Positions 51,544 through 64,000 of a stretch of 64,000 nt of DNA are shown piece by piece. Positions within the stretch are counted from its first letter, which is position 1, and each line of letters starts with the position of its first letter. The notes beneath the pieces were generated by a model. That model saw only the letters and a list, made by a program, of their open reading frames with translations, was not told the origin of the DNA and searched no databases. This DNA comes from Raja brachyura. Taxonomy: Eukaryota. The position numbers and the translations under genes were made by a program. The DNA lies in NCBI GenBank assembly GCA_963514005.1, contig OY740790.1, positions 49,042,001-49,106,000 of the forward strand. Reading direction: 5' to 3'.

Positions 51544-54313
51544 GTATGCAATATTTTGAAGGTTTATTCTTTTATTGTTTAGCTAATTAAACTTTTATAA
51601 TCAATCACCAAAAGACAATTTAAAATTAATGCTTTTGAAAGCTGCTTGTCTTTTGTATGTTTTGAACTTTTTGAAAAGTGCAGAATACTTGGTGCTGTCT
51701 ATGCAATCTGCATCTGGGATTTCTACTTTTGGCCAGGATCAAAACCAGATGGATGAATAGCTTGGATGAAGAGAAGATGTTCTGATATTTAAATAAAAAT
51801 GTCATAGAATTTCCAGTAAATGTTGGTCAAAAAGTGATTGATAGTCTTGTTTGCAAGAGAGGGGGAGAGACAGCGAGAGAGAGTGAAATAAAAACAAAAC
51901 AAAAAGCATGACATGGCATTTACATAACAGCTATCACATTCCCAAAACACCTTGGGGACAGGACATAGGGTGGTGTTTACAGATTTGGCATTTTTTCATA
52001 GGTTGAAGTGACATCTAATCTAGTTAATTGATGATCTTGGTTCGAAGAGGATTCCTAACACATCACACAAGTTACTGCATTGCCATACCATGAAGCTTCT
52101 CAAAATGATTTCCCTAAAACATTTGTCCTCTGGCACGGTCAGCTGAATTTAGTAGTAAGTTATTTTCAGAATAATGTGGTTGAATTCCATTCATAGTTCT
52201 TCAGCAAAAGAACCAGTTCATACCTGAATGCAGCAAAAAATAGACTATTAAATTGTCAATAATTATTTTCTTTAACCAGAAAGATTCTAGCTACCTGTCC
52301 TTGCCATTCAGTGTGTAAACAGTGATGCGCCCCTCAATATTTGTCTCTTTTTGCATTGACCAGAAACACACTGGAAATGGGAGCACCCCCACCTGCATCT
52401 TTCTTTCCAAATCATGCACTACACTCAATTTGTAAATATATTACCATAACTTCATTGTTGCTCAGTTCCAAACTTTAAAATGATGTATTACCTGAAAGGG
52501 ATTTATTGTGACAAAAGCTTTTACTCTTTCCACCATTGGCACACTGTTCCAAAATGTATAATATAGACATACTATAGCAACTTGCCAAAATTTTATTAGT
52601 AGCACCTTCAAGTACTTTGCTGTCTTCAGCCAAGAAGAGCTAGGGGAGCAGGCATGTCAACTGAATGGCTCATTTAAGTTGCATATCATTATGAATTATT
52701 TTACCATTTTTCAGATTAATTGGGTAAAAATTTCCAAACACTGTCCCCGTACCTAAACAACAATGCAAGGTTGCTGCACCATGTGGACTGCACAAGTTTG
52801 AGAAAGCATCTTTTTTTTTTAAGGGAAAATGAAAGTCAAAGAAATGCAGAAACTGAAAAGCTGCAACAACAAAAAAAATAAAAATGCTGGAAACGCTCAA
52901 TAGGTTGGACTACATCAGTTCGGGGTTTCAGGTCTAGACGAGATATTTCCTTTGTTGTAACTATACTTTCAACCTCCCCACCTCTCTGGACCAATTTTCT
53001 CCCTTCCCAAGTTAAGGGTCTTCAACCTGAAACATGAACTGTTTTACTTTCCACAAAGCTGGGGGTTGCAAGGTTCTTTGTTTTTATATAATCTTTTCAA
53101 GGGTAGCTATGATGGGTTATAGTTATTAAGACAACCACATTCCATGTTTGAAATTTTTAGAAAACGGTCATTTATTTTTTTATGAGAACGTAAAATGGAT
53201 TTTGACAAAGCATTAATGAACATCTTCTGTAGTTAATGAGCAATGGCAAGATTTTATTCTTTAGAAATTTGTGAGAAAGACTGAAATTCAGCTGGTAAAT
53301 TTCCTTTAAAGAAATCTGTCAAATCAAGCCATTTGTTCATTCCTAATATTTGACCTTAACTTGACCAGTCCTGGGAATGTAATTTTAGTGAGGCTCTGCT
53401 TTTGGCTCACTGAGGGCAGAATAGCTGAGAAATGAGAGCTTGTCAAACAAAATTCCCTGTTATCTCCCTTGTTTTACCTAAATGAGGTAGGGCAAGGAGC
53501 ACAGTGTCTCATTTCAAAAGTTATAAAATATTAAAAAAGCTGTGTCTAGTGGGAGCTGCCAGGGGGATTGCAGGTACAAGGGCTACGATCAATTTGTACC
53601 GTTTTTCTAATGAAAGATCCAGAGTTTGTGTCAGATGCGCTTCACAGCTAGGCCTGTCATGTCGACTGACGAATAAGTCGGTATTCTTAGCTAGCTTGAA
53701 AGGACGTGAATGTATGCTTGGCACAATCTTTAAGAAACCACATCATGGTCTCATTATTGGACCAGATTATTTTGTTTAAAGGTGCAGGAATGAATGTTGG
53801 AGTAAAATATTTTAAGCTCAGCAAATGCGAACTATAAGTTCTTTGGTACACTCTTCTGGATGGATACAAAACATAGGCATATTTTTAGAAGAAAGTAGCA
53901 TGCTGGCTCATAGGTTTTATAATTTGATTGGTGCTACTGATTGCTATTTTAGGATTTTAACTGTATAGTTGTAGTTCACTCAAAGCAAGCTTTCCATTTC
54001 AGGTATAATAGATATTTTGAGCAAGGTCATTTCATAGAAAGTGTTCATAAGGCTTTTTGATTGCTTCAAATTTGTCATCTGTTACATAGCATCATTGCTA
54101 GAGCTCTGAAATGTGACTGTTGCTGTCCCAAATTTAAATTCATTTGTAGCTGAAATTATGTTGCGTATTCCCTCTCTACATTTTTTTGTTTCTGGAATTA
54201 GTTCTGCTCACATTAGTAGTTGTTAATGAGATATTCTTCATGCTATTGAATAGTTTTATAGCACAAAGAAGTGGTGAAATGGTGTGCACGAGAATGTAAT
54301 GTATAGCTAGCTG

Positions 54314-54396
54314 TAGCAACTGGCTAACAGGCTGCTTTGATGATTTTAGCAACTGATTCACTTAGCAACTGGCTAACAGGCTGCTTTGATGATTTT
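54314..54396. repeat. 34-bp direct repeat, 49-bp period
   Basis: tagcaactggctaacaggctgctttgatgatttt at 54314-54347 and 54363-54396. Confidence 0.9.
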
Positions 54397-55232
54397 TGTT
54401 TTATGCCATTCCAATATTCATTTTTGACCATTTTTAAATGACAAGCAACACGGCAAACACCAATATTGTAAATAGAAGGAGCACTGATATTTCAAAGCTT
54501 TGTGTTCATTTACGTCACCTTAAACATGTTGTTTTTATTCAGAGTATCATACACTTTAGAGAAAAAGTAATAAATCCATTAATCCAAAAATTGAATTGAT
54601 TCAGCCTAAACCAGGGCTATCATCTTTAAATGATTCACTGCAGTTTAAAGAAAGTGACTGAACAGTAACTAACTGAGGCTGCTTACTGATAGCAGACTAT
54701 TGACATACTGTGGATGAAACTATAGTAACTGTGGAATGAGCAGGCAGATAAGAAAGTAATGATGGCATCAGAAAATGTTTGATGCTGTGCTTTCATACCT
54801 GCTTTGTAATGTGACTTCAAAGCTGATGGGGGTGGGGGTAGTGGGGGGGGGGTTCTGCCTGAGCAAGTCCCCGCTCACTGCAAGCCACTGACTGAGGAAA
54901 TCTTTGGTTGTTATTTCGGCCTGAGCAGATGGGACTAAGTAGATTAGGTAGCGATAGGTCAGAGGCGGCCAGTTGTTCCCTTCTGTTCAGTTCCATTTAG
55001 GGATTTTGGGTCGATTGGCATCATGTGTCATTCCTCTAGTGATATCGCTCGGGTATTGATCCAGTCTAGACAAGAGCTGGAGGCATCGCAAAGAACGTGT
55101 GCTGCACCATGCATAATGTGATTGAAAGGCAGTTAAAATGGCACTGACCTTTTCAGGGAGGATTAGATTGCCTGCCAAGTCTGTTTAAAGCAAGTGATAA
55201 CGCGTGGTAAGGAAAACTGTCCCGACAACTTC

Positions 55233-55254
55233 AGAGAGAGAGAGAGAGAGAGAG
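55233..55254. repeat. (AG)n microsatellite
   Basis: Direct reading of the sequence. Confidence 0.9.
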
Positions 55255-57479
55255 GGAGGTTGAGCAGGAATGTTGTACAGACCTCTACTGGGCTCTTTGA
55301 AATAGCACTGTGTTTCTGTTGTACAGATTTGAAGAGGATTGTATATTAGAAAGAAAAATCACATTTTGGGCTCAGAAAATGGAAGAACTTGCAGAAATCT
55401 TGTAAAATACATCCTTGACTTGTAGTTTGCAAGCTTATAATGTTCACTTCTGAATGTAGGGTATCAATTAATTTAACAGATCTGTACTTTTATTTAATGT
55501 TTCAGTTGAAAACTGGAAGGTCATAAACTGGGTATAGTTTTGGTTCTTCCATTTATTCGGGGTGTTAATAGAGTAAAATTCGAGGTCTGTTAAATATCAA
55601 AATCTGTTAAAATTGCTTGGGAAAATTCAAGGAGGTTCCCCAAATTTGAAATTTGTTGGACAATGGTGTGTAAACTTCTTCAGTATATGTGTGAAGTGCT
55701 GCTTAAGGTATATATCATGGGGTTAATGTCCTATTTTTTCTGTTTCAAATAAGGCTATAACTATGATTTTATCCTGAGATAGGAATTGAGGGAATAACAT
55801 TGTTATATATTTATATTGATACTAACAATATGCTATCTGAGAAAATCTTCCACAATGAATTGGATCGATTCGTGTTTGTCCTACCAGGTGAGATAACCTG
55901 AGTTGTATGGGTTTGGTAGAGAAGAAAACTGACACATTGTACATCGGAACACAATCCAGTCCAATTTACAGTCGACACATTGTGTGGATAACCAATATTG
56001 AAATCTTAACAGAGATGCAGTATCTTTTGTGGCAGGCAATATAATGGTTGGATTTGAAATGTGCAGTTTAGGATGGGCTAATTTGGCATCGGTATTGAAT
56101 TGTTGAGTGATGTAAAAATATGGAATCTTTTCAGAAGGACATTAAAATTTACAGCTGGGTTCCTGTTGGTTGAAATTTGGTTCATGTAAAGTGACTGTTC
56201 CATTTAATTTGACCATTCATGTGACAGTCATTCCACTCTGCATGAGGTGCTTTGTTAGGAAAAAAAATAAAAAAGATGTCTTTGAATTGCAGGTCGGATA
56301 ATGAAATGTGCAGGACATTAGATATTGTCTTTTCCAGTTTGGATCTCAATTCAGATTCAGCACAATTGAATAATGACATCATACCAACCATACTTTGTCT
56401 ATATGTTCCACATTCATTTAGACCATAGTTGATTTATGTCTATCCACCTTTATCCAGATATATGGATGTTTCTATAATAATTTGTCTTTCCCTGAATTAC
56501 ATTTCAAAAAAGGGGCAGCAGATGAGGTTTAGCCTGCGAACCTATTGGGGCATGTGGTTTTGGTTGAGTAGATGATAGGACAGGTGGATGGTTTATCTAG
56601 TGTGTTGCATGAGAGATCAGTGGCAAGGCAAAGTTAAAGAATGTACCTACCCAGAGTGAGAAAGGCCCTTCTGACTCCTCAGCAGTGATCCAGATAAGAT
56701 GCTGACTTGGGTAATTGCTAAGGTGATGCCTGATATGTGATGTTCATCCATATTAAATAAACCATGAACAAAGTGTATTTTCCAAAATTATTAAAGGAAT
56801 ACACACAATCGTGTAATGTAGCAATGGAATGCTGTCGATGGGGAAATTATTTAATTGAGTCCTATATCCGTATTTAAAGTCAGTTTTCTTCCCTTTCATT
56901 ATTTGACTAAATAAAGATATTTAATGATATTTGTTTTAAAAGGGCAATCTCACTTGAAAGGGGTTCATTTGATAAATATATTTATCACCGCTTCCTAAAT
57001 GCCCTGACAATTAAACAGTTTACCAGTCCTCTATCTTCTTTTCCCAGAAAAATTAATAGAATTGTAATTTTTAGTTTAACACCTTGCCATGATAATCTTT
57101 GGTTTTCATGATTCAATAAAAATAAATAATTATCCTGACATACTCTTGGAAACCTGCACTTCAAGAAACATGATTTCTACCAGTGGATAATGGATGCTTG
57201 GGAGACTATAGCCACAATATTAGGAAATGTTGAAATTTCTTCTTTACACATTTATGATTTCCCTCCAGTCCAAATGTAATTGACAGTGATTTGAGGCCAT
57301 CTTTATATTTATCCATAACAAGCCTGACTAAAACGTTCTGGTGAAATTGTATCTTTCACGCATCTATCTAGTTTGAAACTAATTGGCATGTTGTAGATCT
57401 TGCCAAACACACAGCTTGTATGCATATGAAAACACAGACTTTGTAGGCCTTTTGAGCAGCTTCTGATGGGGGCTAACTA

Positions 57480-58250
57480 TATTTGACACACGGCAACTTC
57501 TTACCTCCACACCAGATAATTGCATTGTCAACTATTCTGCAAAGTGGCAGGTGACATCTGAGGCGATTGACTAGCAGAGTTGTTCTGTGTAGGACTGTCA
57601 GCTGTTCAATCAATAGAGTTTACAGAAGACACCCTGATTGCATCTGTAACTAATTTAACTTTGAAACCCCCAGCTCCCCTTTGCACAAAGTTGCAATTCT
57701 ATTCAGGATGTGCACTGAGTGGCAGGTGAAAAAAATCAATGACGGCTTTCTGCGGTCGTGCAGTCGTGGGTTTTTGCTCTGCATGGTTAACAAGCAGTCA
57801 TGACTTCAAATCAATGAACTGATCAATTGATTAAATTAACAGTGATTTTCTTTTGGGTTAGCAGGCAGGGTCATTGGATTATTAGTTGTGTTGTCTTTCG
57901 GGGTAACTCGCATTTATAAAATTTAAGGCTTATTAACAACTCAGCACTTGGAAATTCCACTTTCTCCTCTCTTTCAACATGTAATGTTAATTAGTTGGGC
58001 AGAAGCCTTGACCTACTGGGAGTTGCGATATATTTGACAGGATTGGATTGGGTTACTGCAGCACAGGCCCTTTGCTTCCTCGCTCAGCAGTTCAGAAGCT
58101 AGTTAAGTAGTTCTGATAGGTAGAGCGTGATTGATGGGGAAGTTTGTCTCCGGTAGTGTCAGGGACTTATAGAGGTGTCATTCAAGATTGGCGCCTGAAT
58201 TACTTGTCACATTCTGTGAAAGAATGGCAAAGAAACTAGGAACTGCTGCA
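57480..58250. promoter_or_regulatory. Candidate conserved non-coding element / developmental enhancer
   Basis: No recognisable repeat; TGATTGATGG (58128), TGATCAAT (57820), further ATCAAT sites, TGACAG (57595 minus, 58035), E-boxes CAGGTG/CAGCTG. Confidence 0.45.
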
Positions 58251-59244
58251 TTACTTTGTTTTTCTCTGCTAAATGACCCATGTCTTATCTGCTTGCTATT
58301 TGTATTGGTTGAAGGTTAAAAAGACAGGTTTAAATAGGCTACATTTAAAAAGTCAGAAATTAAATCTCCAAGAATTTTATTTCAATTGGGCATGTTGAAC
58401 AGTAGGAAAAAAGTTGGGTTTTTTTTAACAATTTGATAAGATACTCCGATCTGGCAGAGTGGTTGGTCTATTCATGACCTGTTTACCAATAAGTAAGCCT
58501 GCATATATCCATATATACCCTGGGACTTAAAAATGGGCAAAATTCAGATTTATAGTATGCTTCTTGATGTCTTAGATGAGAATAATGCCGAATTTAAAGG
58601 ATTGGCTAATAGCAGTGAAAACCACAAGACAAGATAGCTTCAAATCCATATCAATTCTGCTAAAGTATAACTTGCCTGCCATATGTAAACAAGCTGATAA
58701 ATCCACAGCTGATTTCTTGGTACTGCAATAATATGACCAGCTTTTTTGATCTTTTTGCTGCCCTCACAGTAGTTCTTTATTCTTTATATTTTATTCTGTT
58801 TCAATTGTTTGCAGTTAAAAAGTACAGTTTATGACCTTCAGTTTCATTTTTATTTTACTCCTTCAAATGTTGGCATTGCTGGGTAGGCTGCTATTTATTA
58901 CCCCACCCTAATTGCCATTGAGGTAATAGAGGTAAATCACCTTCCTATACTGTTAAGAGTTCTTAGCGCTTTCATTGTAATGTTTGGCGTATACGATTGT
59001 TTCAGTGGCACAGCATTACTGATATCCTCATTTTACGCCATATTGATTTAATTAAATAAATTTCCCAGTTTCACACTGAGATTGGAACTTGTATCTCTGG
59101 TTCATTAAACCAGGCCTCAGGAATACTCAGCCAATAACTGCCTTTATTGGATGGTAGAGCCAAGAGTGGTTTGTTGTTGGCTGTTCACAAGACCATGACA
59201 TCTAGTCTATATAGTGTTGCGATGTGTGTGGAGATGACTATGAA

Positions 59245-59535
59245 CAATGCAGCACAGAAACGGTCCTTTAGCCCACTGTGTCCATACCGACCAATCTAAA
59301 TAAATCCTATCTACATGCATGTGGTCCGTATGCCTCTATTCCCTGCCTGTTTATGTGGCTGTTCTAAATTACCCATAAACAATACTATTATAGTGGCTTC
59401 TACCGCACCTCACATGGCTGCTTGTACCAGGCACACCTACCACTCTGTCAGTAAAAAAATACTAGATCTGGAATTTCCCTTTAAACCTTCACCCTGTCAT
59501 CTTAAACCTGTGGTCTCAAGTATTCCCTGTTTTTT
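59245..59535 (-). mobile_element. Decayed CR1 3' fragment
   Basis: Similar to 9742-10001 (cagcacagaaac..ccttt.gccca..., ccaggcac..accactct). Confidence 0.65.
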
Positions 59536-60649
59536 TTAATATAGTTTCACTTAGAAAGCTCAATTTGAAATTGTACTAAATGTTCAAAATTTTTAATTTT
59601 GAATATTGTACAGCTGAAATTTAAGTACAATGGTTCCTATTGTGGAATTAGTGGGTAGCATGTCAATTCAGAAATGATTGATCCATTTGCACTAATCAGT
59701 TGGAATAAAACACTTAATCTCATTCATAGGTGAAATGCGTACCCTGAGTAAGTTTCTTTAAGAAGCCAAATTGGATATCATGGAGCAGAAATTAACTCGC
59801 ACCTAAACGCTGGAGCATATCCCCATAGAAGTGGTGATTTTTACACCTAAACTTGTGTGGAAGAGGACCTTGCAAAACTGAACATTTTTGTTATAATGTG
59901 TTTGTGAAAGCCTTATCAGGCCCAAGATGCACATTTCACCCCGAACAAGGAATGATGGTTTGCTGCTGAGGTTTTGTTAAGTCAGGGACTGGATGATTTT
60001 TAAAAAACTGAACAATTTTTGCATGATTCATGCTGCAATAAAAGGTGGTCTCCAGATTCATGGACACTTCCTTCCCAGCTATTATCAGGCAACTGAACCA
60101 TCCCATCACAAACTAGAGATCAGTGCTGACCTGCCATCTACCTAATTGGAGATCCTCGGACTACCTTTAATAGGGCTTTACTAGACTATTGTCGAGAGCA
60201 CATCTGTAGAAGTTCAAGAAAATTCTTGTGGACATTGCGCACCTTCTCAGATGTGTTAAAAAGTAAATATGCTGACTTACTTTCTCAAATTATTGCATCA
60301 GTGTGAAGGGACCAGGTGAGGTTGCTGATGATATAGCTGCCAATAAACTTAAAGCTGTTGAGCATCTCAATAGCATCTCAGTTGGTGAGGATTAAGGGCT
60401 GTTTTGTCCAGGCAGCTGGGGCCGAGGCCTGTAGTCATCATTGTTGGTGTTGTTTCGGATGACAATAGTGGTATACTTGGTGAACTTAAATGAAATGAGC
60501 TGACACCATACTTAACCATGCAGTCATAAGTGTACAGGCATTAATTAGATCAAGTGACTGAGCACACAATCTTGAGGGCACCAATGTTGAGGAATGGTGT
60601 GAAGCAAATTTTATGACCAATTCTAATTGACCGGTCTGGAAATCTAGAA

Positions 60650-62358
60650 TCAAGTCAAGTCAAGAGGGTTTATTGTCATGTGTCCAGATAGGACAATGAA
60701 ATTCTTGCTTGCTGCAACACAACAGAATATTGTTGGCATAAATACAGATCAGATCAGTGTTACCATATACCATAGAATGTATATGTATGTGTATATATAT
60801 GTGTATATATATATATATATATCCGCTCCTGGACGCTCAGGTTGCCATACCAAGCCACGATGCAACTGGTCGGCATGCTCTCTACAGTGCACCTGTAGAA
60901 GTTCAAGAGAGTCCTTCTTGACATACTGACTATCAGTAATCTTCTCTGGAAGTAGATGTGCTTTCTTTATAATTGCATAGTGTTCTGGAACCAGGAGAGA
61001 TCTTCGGAAATATGCACGCCCAGGAATTTGAAGTTCTTGACCCTTTCCACCATCTTGTTGATATAACCGGGACTGTGGGTCCCCATCCTACCCCTTCCGG
61101 GCCACAATCAGTTCCTTGGTTTTGCTGGTGTTGAGAGCCAGGTTATTGTGCTGGCAGCATTTGGTCAATCGGTTGCTCTCACTTCTATACTCTGACTCGT
61201 CCCCATCAGTGATACGTCCCACAACAGTGGTGTCGTCGGCGAACTTGATGATGGAGTTTGTACTATGTCCGGCTACGCTGAGTACAGCAGGGGGCTGAGC
61301 ACGCAGCCTTGAGGTGTTCCTGCGCTGATTGTTATCGAGGATGATACATTTCCACCAATACGGACAGACTGTGGTCTGTGAATGAGGAAGTTGAGGATCC
61401 AATTACAGAGGGATGCGCAGAGACCCAGATCTGAGAGCTTGGTAACCAGCTTGGAGGGGATGATGGTATTAAATGCCGAGCTGGAGTCAATGAATAACAG
61501 CCTGACATGAGTTTTTATTGTCCAAGTGTTCCAGAGCAGAATGGAGAGCCAGTAAGATCGCATCCACCGTTGATCTGTTGTGGCGGTAAGCGAACTGCAT
61601 TGGGTCCAGGTTTTTGTTGAGGTATGACTTGATTTGCGCCATGATCAGTCTCTCAAAGCACTTCATCACCACAGAAGTTAGTGCCACTGGTGGATAGTCA
61701 TTGAGGATCGTCACCTTGCTCTTCTTGGGCACCGGTATTATTGATGCCCTTTTAAAGCAGGTGGGGACCTCAGACCTCAAAAGTGAGAGGTTGAAAATGG
61801 CCGTTAAAAACTCCAGCCAGTTGGTCCGCACAGGTTTTTGAAACAAGCCCAGGTATACCATCAGGTCTAGGAGCTTTCCGAAGGTTCACCCCTCTGAAGG
61901 ATCTTCTGACGTCACGGCGAATGGGGGCTTGGGAAGGCACATCCGTGTTCTCCCTATCAAAGCGCATTGAGTTTGGTAAAACGCTTTGTGTAAAACGCAT
62001 TGAGCTCGTAAGGGAGTGATGCTTCACTGACATTTGAGCTGCCTCCTGATTTTACCTTGTAGGAGATGATTGCATTCAAGCCCCGCCACAGTTGCTGAAC
62101 ATCCGTCTCATCCTCCAGCTTGGAGCAGAAGTCCTTTTTGGCCTTTTTAATGGCCTTACCAAGGTCGTATCTGGACTTCTTGTAGACCGCTATTCTCCAG
62201 ACCTGTATGCCTGGGATCTGGTCTTCAGAAGAATACAGATCTCATGGTTCATCCAAGGCTTCTGGTTAGGAAACACTCTGAAGTTTTTTGTTGGGTTGCA
62301 GTCCTCCACAAATTTCTTTATGAAGTCTGTAGCGACTGTGGCATATTCATTCATTCAG
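60650..62358 (-). mobile_element. Rex1/Babar LINE, second copy (antisense), with internal deletions; older Rex remnants at about 60030-60640
   Basis: Minus ORFs contain [38 protein letters not shown] and [21 protein letters not shown], nearly identical to 16990-19173; (CAAGT)n tail at 60651. Confidence 0.92.
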
Positions 62359-62555
62359 GTCAATCTAGAAACCAATTGCAGATTTAATCCCAAGACCAAT
62401 ATCCAGAGGTTTAGAGATGAGTTTATTCGGTATTATGTGCCCCCGCATTGTATCTTCAAAGTCATCTTTGTCCTCTTTCTCCTTGCCAACTTAACTGTTG
62501 CCTGAGGTCTTCATCATGCAAAGAGGCAGTGTTTCAGTGGTGAAGGCTAGTTCAA

Positions 62556-62840
62556 AGGTTTAGTTTAGAGATACTGCATGAAAACAGAACCTTCGGCCTA
62601 CCGACTCCATGTTGACACACAAGTTATACACACTTCCTACACAATAGGGGCAATTTTACAGAGGCCAATGAACCTACAAACTTGCATGTCTTTGGGATGT
62701 GGGAGGAAACCGAAGCATGCAGAGGAAACACGCAGTCACAGGGAGAACATGCCAACCTCATACAGACACCACCTGAGGTCAGGTTCGAACCCACGTCGTT
62801 GTGAGGCAGCAGCTCTACCAGTTGCACCACTGTGCAGCCC
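62556..62840 (-). mobile_element. V-SINE (HE1-like), antisense
   Basis: Reverse complement has ggctgcacagtggtgcaactggtagagctgctgcctcac, B-box GGTTCGAACC, V-domain ggtttcctcccacatcccaaagac and a (CTAAA)n tail. Confidence 0.85.
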
Positions 62841-63452
62841 TAGGTTTTACCTAGCCAGGATATATATTTTATGGGTATATTCATTTCTTTAAAAAATTGT
62901 GTTCTGATCTGAAACTTTTGACATTTTTATTAAGGACAGCAAACTCTATAGTATATACAATTTAGCTAAATTGTTCTATCGGTATCCAATTCCCTGTTAC
63001 ACATTTGTTATCTATTATTAAGGGAGTCTTAATAATTTGCAGAACATATTTTCCTTTTCTGTTCATCATGGTGATTTTACTTAAGGTCTTTGCTCTACTT
63101 TGAACAAACATTCTGTGACTCCACTTGAGGTAGACAGTTACTTTGAAGAGATAACTGGTAATTTACTTTTGGTTTGAAATTGGCATTGAAAATTCATGAA
63201 TAAAAATTAAGAATTTACTGAGCGTGACTTGTCTGTAAACTGCTGTTTTTGCGTGGAGTAGATGGCAATGAGTATATAACGTAATGATAAAAATGCAGCT
63301 AATGTTATAGTGGGAACTATTAGTGGCAAATTTTCCAAAAAAGTGTAATATTTTACATTTTGACAAATGCAGAGAGTCCACCTTAATTTTAAACTGTTAT
63401 ATGTGATGTGCTTTTACCTCATTATACACCATTGTTTTTATTTTAAACATAG

Positions 63453-63549
63453 GATCTGGGTTTGTCACGTGCAGCAGTAAAGAGAACCATGATAGTGATG
63501 CAGATCTTGATGTGGATGGAGACGACACCTTGGAGTATGGGAAACCACA
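63453..63549 (+). CDS. RNF220: RNF220 coding exon (97 nt, phase 1-2): (G)SGFVTCSSKENHDSDADLDVDGDDTLEYGKP(Q)
   Basis: Acceptor aaacatag|GA. Peptide matches RNF220 DSDADLDVDGDDTLEYGKPQ. The 3' boundary is inferred at CA|gcatcctttt, since read-through stops within a few codons. Confidence 0.93.
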
Positions 63550-63559
63550 GCATCCTTTT
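63550..63559 (+). other. U12-type (minor spliceosome) 5' splice site with GC dinucleotide: GCATCCTTTT
   Basis: Matches the U12 donor consensus RTATCCTTT at every position except +2, and sits exactly where RNF220 homology ends. Confidence 0.75.
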
Positions 63560-64000
63560 GATAAATAAATGCATAACTATTAAACAGACAATTGCTTTTT
63601 GCAGATTTTTAACGCCAAGTGGAGTTTCCTATTTAAAAAAATATTGACATTTCCCCTCCAATTGCTTAATAAATTACAGGAAAATAAAGAGTAATAGGAC
63701 ATATCCTCACTGGATGCTAAGATCGGTCATGTTTACGTTGCTTTATCCAGTGCCTTCCAGACTAAGCATTTTGCTGGTTAGCTGGCTCCTGGCTGATGAG
63801 AAAACCAACGTAGATTAATGCAATGCAAGACCTTTCTGGTTGTAATTGGCCTGATGTATTCCCAGAACAGCTTTGACTGCCAGTTGGTCCCACCCTGACG
63901 ATTGGTTATCATAGCGATCACAGGCCTTGAACGACCGTTTTATGGTTTAAAACAGTTTAACATATCTAAACAGCTTATCATATTTTATGGTTTTAGCCAG

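Overview
AT-rich vertebrate genomic DNA. The repeat content (HE1-like V-SINEs, CR1/HER1-like LINEs, Rex1/Babar LINEs, Penelope fragments) points to a cartilaginous fish, probably a skate or ray; this is an inference. The window lies inside the RNF220 gene (RING E3 ubiquitin ligase, + strand). Five short, phase-compatible internal coding exons (7033-7128, 12508-12550, 44669-44715/44793, 51405-51543, 63453-63549) splice to SVLLSAPIKREGESPTASPLSADDTHHSDRYQ-TFLRVRSNRQARLN-ARIGKNKRKKASDDGQ[VCPLC...HVEACLDQ]-RDGSY...EEYEWCGQKRIRATTLLEGGFR-GSGFVTCSSKENHDSDADLDVDGDDTLEYGKP(Q). The rest is intron filled with decayed transposons: two Tc1 elements, two Rex/Babar LINEs, a 3.2-kb CR1, Penelope GIY-YIG fragments, MITEs and SINEs. 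Several repeat-free, motif-dense blocks look like conserved non-coding elements. Highlights: (1) a minor-spliceosome (U12)-type donor with a GC start, GCATCCTTTT; (2) a CpG-rich internal promoter with an in-frame alternative first exon predicting an N-terminally truncated RNF220; (3) tandem donors that toggle a 26-aa UBZ-like zinc finger; (4) minimal hammerhead-ribozyme cores in the Penelope-derived repeats; (5) a Penelope/local-DNA chimeric insertion. Family names come from recognition, not database searches, and TE boundaries are approximate unless TIR/TSD positions are quoted.
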